A stretch of DNA of 64,000 bases. Origin: Eledone cirrhosa. Lineage: Eukaryota. A program made the position numbers and the translations under genes. The notes under the pieces were generated by a model that had not been told where the DNA came from, did not search any database, and worked only from the letters and a program-made list of their open reading frames with translations. The stretch lies in NCBI GenBank assembly GCA_964016885.1, contig OZ024747.1:46624001-46688000 (forward strand), written 5' to 3'. Shown piece after piece: positions 40,143 through 53,112 of the stretch. The first letter of the stretch is position 1. Every line of letters begins with the position of its first letter.

Positions 40143-41690
40143 TTATTCTCTTGATTTCTTCGAATTCTGTTGTTCAGTTACTACTTTCACACCCTGTTGT
40201 TTCATCTTTTCCAGTTTTGGAGGAAATGCCATTATTTTGTTATCGCTGAGATCCAATAGTCTAAGATTGCTTAGCTTAGATATACTGTTTGGAACGTTCT
40301 CGATTAAGTTGTCTTTGAGTATGAGCTCTTGGAGACGGTGCATATTCCAAATATCTCTTGGTAGAGTTTTTATATTATTTCCAGTAAGATCTAGTCTTTT
40401 AACCCGATAAATTGATGTGAAACTAGGTGGAAATATACTGATATTGTTTGCAAACAAAATGAAGTCACAGACAGAGGCCATAACTTCCATTTTAGCGTCA
40501 GGAAACACTTTAATAGAATTACTTGACAGATCTACATAATTTAGTCCTATCATATCACCAAAATCTTCAGGTAATTCTAATATTTGATTAAAAGAAAGAT
40601 TCAACACGTTCAACAAATCCATATTTAGCATATTCTCTGGAATTTCTTTGATGCTATTACAAGATGCATTTAATTTGCGTAAATTTACGAATTTGTCAAT
40701 GGAATTTGGCAATGCTTTTAGTTCATTTTCACTAACGTCAAGTTCTATAAGCTTTCGAAGTTTACAAACATTATCTGGAATAACTTTGATGGAATTTCCG
40801 TTGAGATGCAGTACTTCCAGCAACTTACATCGACTAAGGGATGCCGGAACCTCTTCCAGACCAATATTACTCAGGTGTAAATGCGTTAGATATTTTGAAT
40901 TTTGCTTTTCACCAAGACTTCCCAAAATGGACGATTTTTGATCTATTGAAAGAGGATTTCCATTTAAAGTCAGTTGCGCTATGGACTTTGGTATTGAGAA
41001 ATGTGAAAGATTACAATTTGACACATTAATAATACGCAGAAATCTCATTTCTCCTAAATATTTAGGTAAGCTGTTCAGTTCGTTACCCGATACGTCGAAT
41101 TCCTCCATAAACATCAATCTACTCAGGTCAAGTTCATCCTTCAAGTTACTTCTAGCAAATTTAAAACTTCTAATAACTTGATTTGCACCAATATATGATG
41201 GGAAATATGCCATACAATTTCCACTAAAGTTGATATTTTTTAATGACTGAATTCTGCCGAGATCTGGGTGGAAAGAGTCAATTCTGTTGCCAGCGACGTC
41301 CAAAGTAATTAAATGATTTAGTTTATGTATGTCAATAGGAATATTTCTAAGTCTATTGTTCGCAAAAATCAGATGTTCCAAACTTATTAAGTTACCAACT
41401 GTGTAAAATTTTGATATCTTGTTGTTAGACAAATTTAAGTATTTAAGCGATTTTAGTTTAAGAAAACTATCTGGTAATTTCTCGATCAAATTAGTAGAGA
41501 TATTTATAGTTTCTATACGTTTTATGATTCCGAAATCTAGTGGTAACTCTGTAATTAGATTTGAATTCAAGAGAAGCGTGTTCATCCCGCACTCCCAGCC
41601 AGCGACAGTAGCAGGAAGCTGATAGATTTGATTGAAAGATGCATCGAAATGACGCAGATGCTTCAAAGCTCCAATACTTTCTGGCAATAC
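40143..41690 (-). CDS. Leucine-rich-repeat protein, terminal coding exon
   Basis: 515 uninterrupted codons of LxxLxLxxNxLxxLP repeats. Acceptor acacag|GTATTG at 41691/41690; stop at 40143. Confidence 0.93.
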   Translation of the reverse strand, partial: VLPESIGALKHLRHFDASFNQIYQLPATVAGWECGMNTLLLNSNLITELPLDFGIIKRIETINISTNLIEKLPDSFLKLKSLKYLNLSNNKISKFYTVGNLISLEHLIFANNRLRNIPIDIHKLNHLITLDVAGNRIDSFHPDLGRIQSLKNINFSGNCMAYFPSYIGANQVIRSFKFARSNLKDELDLSRLMFMEEFDVSGNELNSLPKYLGEMRFLRIINVSNCNLSHFSIPKSIAQLTLNGNPLSIDQKSSILGSLGEKQNSKYLTHLHLSNIGLEEVPASLSRCKLLEVLHLNGNSIKVIPDNVCKLRKLIELDVSENELKALPNSIDKFVNLRKLNASCNSIKEIPENMLNMDLLNVLNLSFNQILELPEDFGDMIGLNYVDLSSNSIKVFPDAKMEVMASVCDFILFANNISIFPPSFTSIYRVKRLDLTGNNIKTLPRDIWNMHRLQELILKDNLIENVPNSISKLSNLRLLDLSDNKIMAFPPKLEKMKQQGVKVVTEQQNSKKSRE

Positions 41691-41784
41691 CTGTGTATAT
41701 TGAAAAACCGTGTTAAATATATGAAATATAAGCAGCTACAAAAAATAACAATGCATAGACATAGCAATAAATATATTGCTTTGA

Positions 41785-41990
41785 AAAAAGGCCAGCAATT
41801 TGGGGTAAGGAGAAAGTCGATTATAATTTCTACTTCAGTACTTAACTGGTACCTTTTATTGATCCCGGAAGAATGGAAAAGAAAGTTTGCCTCGGTGGGA
41901 TTTGAACTCAGTACGTAAGAAGTCGTAACTAAATACGGCAAAGCATTTTGTAAGCAACTCAATTGATAATGTCAGTTCAAAACCGTTAAT
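41785..41990 (-). mobile_element. Older, diverged tRNA-derived SINE
   Basis: ctggtaccttttattgatccc...ctcggtgggatttgaactcag resembles the reverse complement of the SINE core. Confidence 0.65.
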
Positions 41991-42889
41991 AAAAATTCAT
42001 ATAATTGTCAATAAATATAATCACGATAAAAAGTGAGATGTTGATCATAATGACAGCTTCGACAATGATGATGATGATGAAGGCGATATTTATATAAATT
42101 TATGGAAAGGTTCAGTCGAGTGCCTGATAAAATGTCGATCTACACATATAACGTTTCCTCATCTACCACTAAATCGAACTATACGAAAATCATCGGATTC
42201 TTAGCATCAAACTTACAATCGTCCTGATAACCACCACCATGTTAAATTGAGCTTTTTTGAAACGTGTTAAATTGAACTGGAAGAAGTTACGAAATTATTC
42301 CAAGCGTGAACATTTTCTGTTTAAGGCGTCAAACACATTGTGTATTCCCAGATTGAAGGTCGCAATGACATCAATAAATACCCCGTTTTGTAACAGTTCT
42401 GGAATCTGTAGCAGAGGAGGGTATTGGGAATATAGGTATCCGCTCAGAAAACTGGGCTCAAATTTGAACGCATTATTGCAAATAAATTGTGCCTGTATAT
42501 GAAGTTAAAATTAAAAACAAGCAGGAATTCCACCGAAGGACAATAAATTCACGGCTGAACGATTCGTATGCAACTAGAATTTATCTTCTTGTAAATTTTA
42601 AAGGGGATGCTATCAGAAAGAGGTCTGGCATCCAGTTTATTTTTTCATTACGACTACAGCAGAATAATATTTTGCATTGTGCAAGCAACTACCAAGCATG
42701 CGTTTATATATAATTGGGGTGTGATCCTTGTACCAGGTTTTGATTGTTTTTCTTTATGTTATTTTTTTTATGCAACTTTAATTTAACGTTCAACATATAA
42801 AATTCCCAGAGACTTATGTAAAGTGTTCCGTCAAATACATTTCGTTTTACGGTGTCATCACCTTTCACAGATTCTCATTACAATCATGG

Positions 42890-43073
42890 AATAATTGTTT
42901 CTACTTTTGGCACAAGGCCTGCAATTATCCCAGTGCATTACTGGTACTTTATTTTATCGACCCCGTAAGGATTAAAGGCAAAGTTAACCTAGGGGGGATT
43001 TGAACTCAGAATGGCAAGGGCCGTAATTCTATGCATCAAAGCATGGCGTCCAACCCTCTACCGATACTGCCAA
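42890..43073 (-). mobile_element. tRNA-derived SINE (Meta-like core)
   Basis: Reverse complement of the 20284 family. Confidence 0.88.
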
Positions 43074-44087
43074 TAATGTTTCTGTTTTGCAATAGCCGAC
43101 GAAAATTTTGATTGCGTTAACAAAATGGAGACAAATATGTGTCTGAATTAACCTTGGAATATAATGACTACAGTATTCATCATCATGCATTTCGACTACT
43201 TTATAGATATCCTTGAAGTTATCTCTAACACAAACTTAGATGCACCAGTTTCACATTCAATATACCTCAGTTGCTTCTTCACCTGTCACCTTCACGAAGT
43301 TTTGGTATTCTATGTGCAAACTAACTTATAGAGAGGACAGTTGTTAATACGTTGACCATTAATATTTTAACTACAAACGCCGTGGGCATCAACCATGCCA
43401 TTCCAAGCATCATTACATTCCCAACTTTACCAACAAAAGTCACATACAGAATTAACAGTATATTGTTAGCTGGCATTTTGCCTAGTCAACACTAATCATT
43501 ATCATAATTTTATTTTATTGGTTTATGATTCAAGAAATAAAATATGATCTCATAAATTTTTTGAATTATATATAAATGGTCTCGTAAACTTGGCTGATAT
43601 TAATCATAATTAAAATTAATCACAACATATGTAAACATATTTAAATTACAACATTAAAGGAAATGCTCACGGTGTGTCAATAAACGCCGCGAGACAATAT
43701 GGTAATCTTCTTTCTCTGTCGTAACTGCAGCTTTATAATTTAATATTTACAAAATGTAAATAGGAATTAGTTGAATGAATAGATAAGTTCAAATCCACTT
43801 TAGCTGATCAGGTATTTTGCAGTAGAGCACTTTTAATTACATGTCTCTCTACCATTTATATAATAGATATACGATTTGTTTCGTAGTAGAAACTGATCAA
43901 GAATACTGCACTTTTATTGGTTTATAAGCAGTTCATATTACCAATGTCAATTCAGAATTAACATTTTTATCTAATTTCAAAATGAATTTGTTCCACTACC
44001 AATATCCAACATAAACCTAAAACTTGAAGCAAAATATAATCATGAGATACTCATAGTATTCGAGATAAGCGATGGGCAATTCATTGT

Positions 44088-44618
44088 GGTAAAAGCCAAA
44101 TTCGCTATCTTCAATTCGGTATTCGTGCCAACCCTTACCTATGGTCATGAATCGAGAGTGAATGACCGAATGAATGCGATTGCGAATAAAAGCGGCCGAA
44201 ATATGGTTTCTCCGAAGGGTATTTAGAGTAAGATTACTCGATAGAGTGTGTAGCTCAGAGATCCGAGCGTCACTCCAGGTAGAGCCGCTACTTCTCCGAA
44301 TTGAGAGATCGCAGCTCCGATACTATGGAGAGTTGTTTACAATGTCTCAGGAAAGAATCGCTGGACAGATTTTACGGGCAAAACCAATTGGCAGGAGACA
44401 CAGGGGTTGACTCTGAGCAAGATGGTTGGATAACATCCTCGAACTTGGCTGATCTCGCTTGGGGATCCAGCGGGATCAGCTGGAAACAGTTGCTTCTGAT
44501 AGGACCTTCTGAAAGGCATGTTTGTGGACTCTGTCCCCACAACCCTCTCAGGAATAAGTGAGCGAAGAAGAAGAAGAAGAAGAAGAAGAAGAAGAAGGAG
44601 AAGAAGAAGAAGAAGAAG
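44088..44618 (+). mobile_element. RTE-clade LINE 3' fragment with (GAA)n tail
   Basis: KAKFAIFNSVFVPTLTYGHES...AAEIWFLRR...VEPLLLRIERSQLR. Confidence 0.85.
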
Positions 44619-46627
44619 GTGATGATCTCGGTACACTTTTTCTGATCGTATTGGAACATTCTATTGATTATGTATTGTAGTTTTCTTTGCTCAAATCTTC
44701 TGTAGTTGGTTCATGATCATATACATATGATTCTTAAAAACGCTTGTCTAAGTCAGGTCGAGTTGGGAGAAATAACAATGAGAGATATATCTCTAGAGTT
44801 GACAGCTGAGGACGAAAATCATGAGTCTGGTGTCATTATGACAAAAAAGTTAGATGATCAGTGTCCTAGAGAAGAATGAAAGGAGTAAAAAGAATATGAA
44901 GATGTTTAATGAGATTATAGAGATCATGAACCAACTATAGGGACTGCAGGTGACGGATAAAATAACTCTCAATGAATGGAAAAAGTCTGTGGACGACGTC
45001 AATCATTGATAGGGTTCACTTTTGGGAAACCCTTTAAAAGACTTGATGTGGATTTTACATTCGGCGTTCCCACGTTCCGAGGAAATCTATTTCTAGTCTC
45101 TTTGTACGCTACAAGTGCCATACGTACCATCATCAGATCCTCTGTTATGTCAGTATTTATGTGCGGAGATTCGGGTGGCAATTGGTTATATTGACCCCCT
45201 GTACTTGATTGTTTACACTTTGCTTCTTGTATCTTAACACGCAAAGTAAAAATATATAATGTTGTGACCAGTCAATGATTGAGCCGCTATGATTGTTGTA
45301 GGTGCTTGATATATCAGAGCAATCTCCCTTCAATATGAATGACACATTGCCTAATGTAATCCTAAATGCCCCTCAAATGACGGAATGCTGCAGCTGGGAC
45401 ACGGTCTACATAATTAGATTTGAACTGAGGTTAACAGAAATAATAACAATATCGGTGCGTGATTTGTTTTTCCTCAAATTTTCTTTGAATTATACAGCAA
45501 TGAAATTGAAACAAATGTTTGCTTTTGGCATAGTTTTGTTGAAACTCATATATGCGTGATGTCCGTCAAATATTAGCTGGGTGGCTTGGGGGTTGCACCA
45601 CTGAACAGATATTGTAATTTACATTTTACCAGATGTTTGGCCTTTAAATAATCATAAATATGTCCTTGCCCTGTAAATGTTGTCAATCACAGTTGGTTTG
45701 TTAACAATTCAAATCAGAAATTATCTAGTTTAGAATACAAAGCGGAATTTTCTCCCTTCAATCAAGGTTAAAGGCGTTCTTTGTTGTAGTTGTTTAAATT
45801 CATCGCTTTCCCCTCTCATGGGAGGTTAATGTCTTCTGTACAGAGAATGCCACAAGCACTACCCACCTATATATTGTGCTGATGCCGTAGGAAAGATGGC
45901 CGTATGTTGCTTTATCGATAGATGGTTATATTTCCTTATTATTCATAGAATTTGCAATTAAATTAGCTATTCAGGACTTACTTATATTTCTTGAATCTTG
46001 CCCGATAACACAATTGTTTTTGAATAACATGATTGTATTGGTCCTTTTGTTGTCACCATCAACGTCGTTGTTCTTGTTTTAGTTATGGCGGTTGGGGTTA
46101 GAGGTGGTCGTATTATTACAAATGTCGGCATTCTCGTTACAGGTGGTAGACAGAATGGTGGCGGTGGTGATTTTGCTTCAGTTCTCTTGCTGTTGTTTTT
46201 GTTGTTTTTATAGGGACTTGTCTTCGCCTCTAAACCTCATGTTTCTGGCTGTGTTTCACGTGATGCATTAAATTCTGATTTTCAATAAAGTTAACTACAT
46301 AAACAGAAACTTTTCAGCGATTTAAAATAAATCGAAGAAGCACTCCTGGAGATCAAAATTTAGGAAATTACTGAAATAAAACTTTATCATTCAGCAAACC
46401 GGGTTTTAGCGGTTTCGATATAAAGTACATTCGATATAAAGTACATTCGACATAAAGTAGATTGTCAATATTAAAGTTATAAACATAAACACATGCATAC
46501 ACATATACGAGAAAATGTGTAAAAGCTTATCGTATGTCAACATGGATGGACCTGTTATTTTTATCTAAAGACATTTTTTCAAATTCCACCCGGTCCATCC
46601 CTTCCATCTATCTTATTTCTCATTCTT

Positions 46628-46663
46628 TCTTCTGATGAAGGACTAGCGTCTGAAACGTTAAGA
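46628..46663 (+). ncRNA. Minimal type I hammerhead ribozyme
   Basis: tctt-CTGATGA-a-ggac(tagc)gtct-GAAA-cg-TT-aaga; loopless palindromic stem III (AACGTT). A degenerate relative lies at ~38328-38365. Confidence 0.85.
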
Positions 46664-46767
46664 CCCTCTTCCTGCTATTTCAAGCGTTAAAATAATATAT
46701 TCCTACCATATACTGTACCGATTGTGTTGTTATTTCTGTTTACTTTTTACATACATACAAACATATA

Positions 46768-47380
46768 TCTAAACTATAATAAAGGGAGGAGAGCGGGACA
46801 GCGTCCAGAATATATTTTTTATCCCGTTTGTAAAATAAGATGGATTACTTTGAATAAATAATGAATGAATATTACATAATTTATCTAAATTTCGTTATTC
46901 TTGATTAAATATGAATAATTTTGTCACTTCCGGTTAGCGATCGCGTGAATAAACAGTCATATATTTCCGTCACTAATTTTCTCCTAATGCAGTTTACATA
47001 TAATATCGTCTTTTTTTAATGTATCATGGATTACGTTACTGATTACATAAGAGAGTGTAACGCAGTCTTCGTTCAATTTCTGTGTATATTGTCAATTACG
47101 ATTTTATTTGATGTATCATATCTACATGTATATATACTTGCGTATAATAGCAATGTGCACACTACACATGCTAGCAGAAAACCACATGAAGGGTGGTTTT
47201 TCTGCTAGTGTTAATAAATAACTAAATTTATGATAGTAATAACGGAATAAGAAATACATCACATATCTACGCGTATATATACTTGCGTATATATACATGT
47301 ATATATACTTGCGTATAATAGCAATGTGCACACTACACATGCTAGCAGAAAAACCACCTGAAGGGTGGTTTTTCTGCTAG
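46768..47380 (+). mobile_element. Non-autonomous Helitron with duplicated 3' end
   Basis: a|TCtaaactataataaag 5' end. Hairpin ...aaccac..gtggttttt.. followed by CTAG|t at 47208 and again at 47380. Confidence 0.7.
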
Positions 47381-47457
47381 TATATATAAAGATTCAGGAA
47401 CCCGGCGGTTGAGCTCAAGCCGCTTCGACAGCTAGATCCGTTCAGGCTTCTTGATTG

Positions 47458-47640
47458 TTAGACAAAAGCCTTACAGGAAAGCGAAAAGCGGCTCATTAAT
47501 CCCTGTGCCTCTTTGAGGTATGTTGCAACAAGTGCAGCATCAGCAAACAGTAAATCGCAAATGATACGTGTTCGTCTGAATGTTCTAGCGTTAAAGCGCC
47601 GATGTTTGAGTAGCCCACCCAGAGGTACGGAACTCAAATC
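47458..47640 (-). pseudogene. Short RTE RT fragment
   Basis: ICDLLFADAALVAT...AQGLMSRFSLSCKAF. Confidence 0.7.
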
Positions 47641-48153
47641 TGACATCAGTGTCCAAATCGCCAAATGCATGCTAGACCATGGTGGCCGGCATGTTAATCT
47701 GGTGAACTGATAAAACAGGCAGCTTACAATGACCAATGCCAGCAATAATACTATCCCCCACACATAATAGAACTACAACAAGAGAAATCTGGTATTATGT
47801 GTATTGGGCGGCGAGGTGAATAACACGCCCGACTGGTAACATATCAATGGAAAATTACATCTCGTTTGTATGTTAGCCTGGGAGTTATATAAAATACGTA
47901 TTACGAATAACATAGGGATGTACGAATAAAACCGTCTCTCTTATTTCTTGTAATAAAACCCCGGATGAACAAACCGTCGGGTGCTTTACGTCTGTTAAAT
48001 TATAAGTCCGAAGATTTTTAATCAACCAACTTTCTTCAATTGAATAATACATACATACATACATACATACATACATACATACATACATACATACATACAT
48101 ACACATACACTTACACATATATATATATATGTATATATATATACATATACAAA

Positions 48154-48185
<32 letters not shown>

Positions 48186-48236
48186 AATACATATATGTAT
48201 ATATATATTTATATAATAAACAACATAAGGCAATTA

Positions 48237-48295
48237 TTCCATTTACCAGTGGTTTCTTAAAAGTAAAAAATTTTGCTTTCGATCATCAGAATGAA
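48237..48295 (-). ncRNA. Hammerhead ribozyme, inverted copy of 50886
   Basis: Minus: ttcatt-CTGATGA-tcgaaagcaaa...tttacttttaa-GAAA-ccactgg-TA-aatgga. Confidence 0.8.
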
Positions 48296-48449
48296 AAAAT
48301 CCTGGTCTGTTTATTGAATTTGGATTTTAAAAAACAAAAATGCAATCTATATGAAAGTGAGGCTGGAGAAGGAAGAAGGAAAGGAAAAATAAAATAAAAG
48401 CACACATGCAAACACACACACACACATACACACACAAATATGCATGCAT

Positions 48450-48592
<143 letters not shown>

Positions 48593-49292
48593 CACTCATA
48601 CATACACACACACATATACACATATATACACACATACACATACATATACACATACATACACACAAATATCAACACAACCATACATACACATACATAGATA
48701 CAACCACACACACATACATATATACACACATATATATAGAAATAGAAATATATATATATATATATATATATATGCATGTACATACACATACATAGTCATA
48801 CACACATACATATACATACATACATACACACAATCATACCTATATACACACGTACATACATACACATACATAAATGCATACATATGCATGTACAAAATAA
48901 AAAAAAAACACACACACCTCTCCATATTCACACACGCAAATAAATATAAGAAAAAATATATATAAAAAATAAAATAATAAAAAAAATATAATAGAAACTA
49001 TTATACAGTTGACAGCGATACAGGCGACGAGTAAATGAATATTATTATATTTTTTTTGTTATTTTATTTTTTATATATATTTTTTCTTATATTTATTTGC
49101 GTGTGTGAATATGGAGAGGTGTGTGTATATATTTTTCTAATTTTGTACATGCATATGTATGCATTTATGTATGTGTATGTATGTACGTGTGTATATAGGT
49201 ATGATTGTATGTATGTATGTATGTATGTATGTATGTATGTATGTATATGTATGTGTGTATGGCTATGTATGTATATGTGTATGCATATATAT

Positions 49293-50451
49293 TGCTGATG
49301 ATTGAAATTCCAACCGTGACCATCTCCACTGAAAGTTTTCATGAAATAGTCTTTTAAGACTATACAGAGCATTTGATGTTATTCCAAATTGAAGGATAAG
49401 TGTTTCAAACTTTATTTTATCATGAGTTAAAGGTCTATAGATTTTCCCTGGATTTTACTAAATTCTGTGGATGAATTTATATCCTGATTCTCTTTTGAGA
49501 TGAGTTTGAGTTATTTTTCCTAAATCTTTCGTTAACTACTTTTCCCATCTTGACGTTATAGTCGCATATATGTTATAGAATGCCGTTAGCTTCTTGCTAA
49601 AACAATCTCTATACCTCTCATTTATATTTATACTCGGATTCTTTTCCTAGAGTGCTTAAACTATCTGTGACTAATCCCGGTTTTTTTCATAAAAACTGTG
49701 ATAATATTGCTATTTTGCTGAACTCCTTTGTAGAGTTTTTTTCAGAATGTATTTGACTGGTATTTCTTGTAAATAAACATTCACTTCCATCCTGACGTCA
49801 CTAGCCCCGTTTTTTCCTCATGTGCTTTTTCATAAATACACATGAAGGCGAACTAGCCAGTTTTAGAATTCCCTTTTTCGGATTATATTACTGTGAGAGC
49901 CCTGGTTTTCTGTTGAGCTCTGCTGATGATTGAAATTCCAACCGTGACCATCTCCATTGAAAGTTTTCATGAAATAGTCTTTTAAGACTATACAGAGCAT
50001 TTGATGTTATTCCAAATTGAAGGATAAGTGTTTCAAACTTTATTTTATCATGAGTTAAAGGTCTATAGATTTTCCCTGGATTTTACTAAATTCTGTGGAT
50101 GAATTTATATCCTGATTCTCTTTTGAGATGAGTTTGAGTTATTTTTCCTAAATCTTTCGTTAACTACTTTTCCCATCTTGACGTTATAGTCGCATATATG
50201 TTATAGAATGCCGTTAGCTTCTTGCTAAAACAATCTCTATACCTCTCATTTATATTTATACTCGGATTCTTTTCCTAGAGTGCTTAAACTATCTGTGACT
50301 AATCCCGGTTTTTTTCATAAAAACTGTGATGATATTGCTATTTTGCTGAACTCCTTTGTAGAGTTTTTTTCAGAATGTATTTGACTGGTATTTCTTGTAA
50401 ATAAACATTCACTTCCATCCTGACGTCACTAGCCCCGTTTTTCCTCATGTG

Positions 50452-50453
<2 letters not shown>
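49293..50453 (+). mobile_element. 628-nt HHR-containing tandem repeat (retrozyme-like), ~1.85 units
   Basis: CTGATGA at 49295 and 49923; near-identical units; inserted in a TA tract; non-coding. Confidence 0.85.
49917..49998 (+). ncRNA. Type I hammerhead ribozyme with stable stem III
   Basis: gctctg-CTGATGA-t-tgaaa...tttca-t-GAAA-tagtct(ttta)agacta-TA-cagagc; predicted cut after 49992. The first copy (49293-49370) lacks most of the stem I 5' arm. Confidence 0.9.
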
Positions 50454-50547
<94 letters not shown>

Positions 50548-50700
50548 ATATATGTGTGTATATATGTGTGTGTGGTTGTATATATGTATGTGTATGTATG
50601 GCTGTGTTGATATTTATGTGTGTATGTATGTATGTGTATATGTATGTGTGTATATATATACACATATATATGTGTATATGTGTGTGTGTATGTATGAGTG

Positions 50701-50741
<41 letters not shown>

Positions 50742-50885
50742 ATGCATGCATATTTGTGTGTATGTGTGTGTTTGCATGTGTGTTTTTATTTTATTTTCCT
50801 TTCCTTCTTCCTTCTCCAGCCTCACTTTCATATAGATTTCATTTTTGTTTTTTAAATCCAAATTCAATAAACAGACCAGGAGTTT

Positions 50886-50943
50886 TTCATTCTGATGATT
50901 GAAAGCAAAATTTTTTGCTTTTAAGAAACCACTGGTAAATGGA
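50886..50943 (+). ncRNA. Type I hammerhead ribozyme
   Basis: ttcatt-CTGATGA-ttgaaagcaaa(attt)tttgcttttaa-GAAA-cca-c-tgg-TA-aatgga. Confidence 0.85.
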
Positions 50944-51086
50944 ATAATTGCCTTATGTTGTTTATTACATAACTATTAAGCTCTGTTACCTACATAGAGC
51001 ACTCTTTTTTCCTGGACTTTTCCGACGGAATTACTTTATTTATATATATTTATATATATATATACATTTATATAAATACATATATG

Positions 51087-51214
<128 letters not shown>

Positions 51215-51286
51215 CATGTATATATATATATATTACATATATGCATATATATATACATATATACATATACATATATATGTGTGTGT

Positions 51287-51327
<41 letters not shown>

Positions 51328-51333
<6 letters not shown>

Positions 51334-51591
51334 AAGATTGAAGAATAACATGGGCGGCTGTACAAAAAGAGTTTTATTTCAAGTATTAACAATTGTTTCA
51401 TTGACCAGGTGAGTCTAAAGGCCGCAGGTGCGTCTAAAGGCCGCAGAGGAAAACATTGTATTTAAGGTCGAGTGACGCAGCTTCGGGTGATTAGCGGCCT
51501 TTAGACTCACCTGGTCAATGAAACAATTGTTAATACTTGAAATAAAACCCTTTTTGTACAGCCGCCCATTTTATTCTTCAATCTTTCACTA
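51328..51591. repeat. Inverted repeat with ~100-bp arms containing an HHR-like 3' half
   Basis: 51328-51426 / 51494-51591; GAAA-caattg-TT-aatac present, CTGANGA absent. Confidence 0.8.
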
Positions 51592-51897
51592 CTATTACTC
51601 CTAGGATAACCTGCATAGGAATTCTCGTGAACTCGCTACCTAACTATGGAAACCTCTTGTTGAATGAAACAAAGCCGTACGTTAAAACTATCCACAATAT
51701 AGAGTACTCACACAACCTCTAACTGGATTACCTAAAACGATAACTTGTTATCCCATATATATATATATATGTATATATTGGAATTTGGAAGTTATATATA
51801 TTAGCGTTATTTGACTAAAATAGTTGATACATCTAACTTTCAAAGTCCAAAAACTTCCTATTACTCAACGGTTCTAAAAATAAATTCGGTATATATA

Positions 51898-52372
51898 CGA
51901 GGGTGCTTCAAAAAGTTCCTGGAAAAACGACAGTTTAAAAAACTGTTTAAGTTATGATGTTTATTTTTCAACATATTGTCCCTCTAGGTCAATACACTTC
52001 TAGAAGCGTTGATACCAGCCTTTAAGCACCTCTGTGTAAAACTGAGGGTCATGCGATTTAAACCATATGAAAGCAGCTTTTTTTTTTACATCTTCCACTT
52101 CTAAACCGACTTATCCATTTGTACGTTGTTAATTTCTTTGGGGCAATGTCCCCATAAATTTGCTCCAGAGCAAATGATTTTTGATGTTTTGATGTTTTGA
52201 TGGAGGCCATGTTTGCTCGAGCGAGTGCTGACTTCCGACAGGCAGCGTCGCGTTGCAACATGCATTTAAGGGTTCATGTTAGTACGAGAACGTACAGTTG
52301 CATTGGGATCAAAATCCCTGCATATGACTTTTAGCTATATACTTTTTCCACGAACTGTTTGAAGCCTCTCCG
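51898..52372 (-). mobile_element. Internally deleted mariner DNA transposon
   Basis: TIRs cgagggtgcttcaaaaagttc / gaactgtttgaagcctctccg with TA flanks. Remnants ALEQIYGDIAP..TTYKWISRFRSG (HTH) and KCIDLEGQYVEK (C-terminus). Confidence 0.85.
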
Positions 52373-52406
52373 TATATATATATATATATATATGTGCATA
52401 TATATA

Positions 52407-52483
52407 CAGAGTGTCCCCCCAAAATGTATACACATATTTATTAGAATGCTGTTGAAGTGTGTATACATTTTGGGGACATCCTG
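52407..52483. mobile_element. Tiny Tc1/mariner-type MITE
   Basis: ta|cagagtgtcccc..aaaatgtatacac ... gtgtatacattttggggacatcctg|ta. Confidence 0.7.
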
Positions 52484-52737
52484 TATATATATACAAAAAG
52501 CAAAAAGAAATAACGAAACAAACGACACTGTACAATGAAAAAATATAGTAGTTTAACGCTTCATATAGTAGAAAAAAAGAATCTTAACGTATTGGAAATT
52601 TGTTCTTCAGCAGAAGATAGAATGAGAAATAAAAGATTAAATAGAAAGAGAGTGAAAAGAGGAAGAAACAGAACTTTTTTTTGTGTGTGATAAAAATACG
52701 TATGTTATCAGTCAGCCATTTCTGTATATGTGTGTAT

Positions 52738-53020
52738 TAGGAGGCACTCCGTTGGTAACGACAACGAGGGTTTCAATTGATCCGATCAACGGAACAACCT
52801 ACTCGTGAAATTAAGGTGCAGGTGGCTGAGCATTCCACAGACCGGCATATCCTTAATATAGTTTACTGGGAGATTCAACGTGACAACAAACGTGACAAGG
52901 CAGGCCCTTTGAACTACAGGTACAACTCATTTTTGCCAGCTGAGTGGACTGAAGCAACGTGAAATAAAGTGTCTTGCTCAAGGACACAAGGCATCGCCGG
53001 GAATCGAACTCACTACCTTA
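52738..53020 (-). mobile_element. tRNA-derived SINE (OK/OR-like), 5'-truncated
   Basis: B box gagttcgattcc on minus strand; central block shared with 17700-18038. Confidence 0.78.
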
Positions 53021-53112
53021 TTTAAACGCACGGGGTTTTGTTGTTAAGGTATGTATTAGGGATTGTTAAAGAGCCGGACGTGGTGCTTTGCAGTATCTGA
53101 CCCGACTCTATG

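Noticed and set aside
44976-45559. Short ORFs in the LRR intron as extra exons or a nested gene
   Set aside because: No recognisable motifs or LRR pattern; the flanking exons already join in frame.
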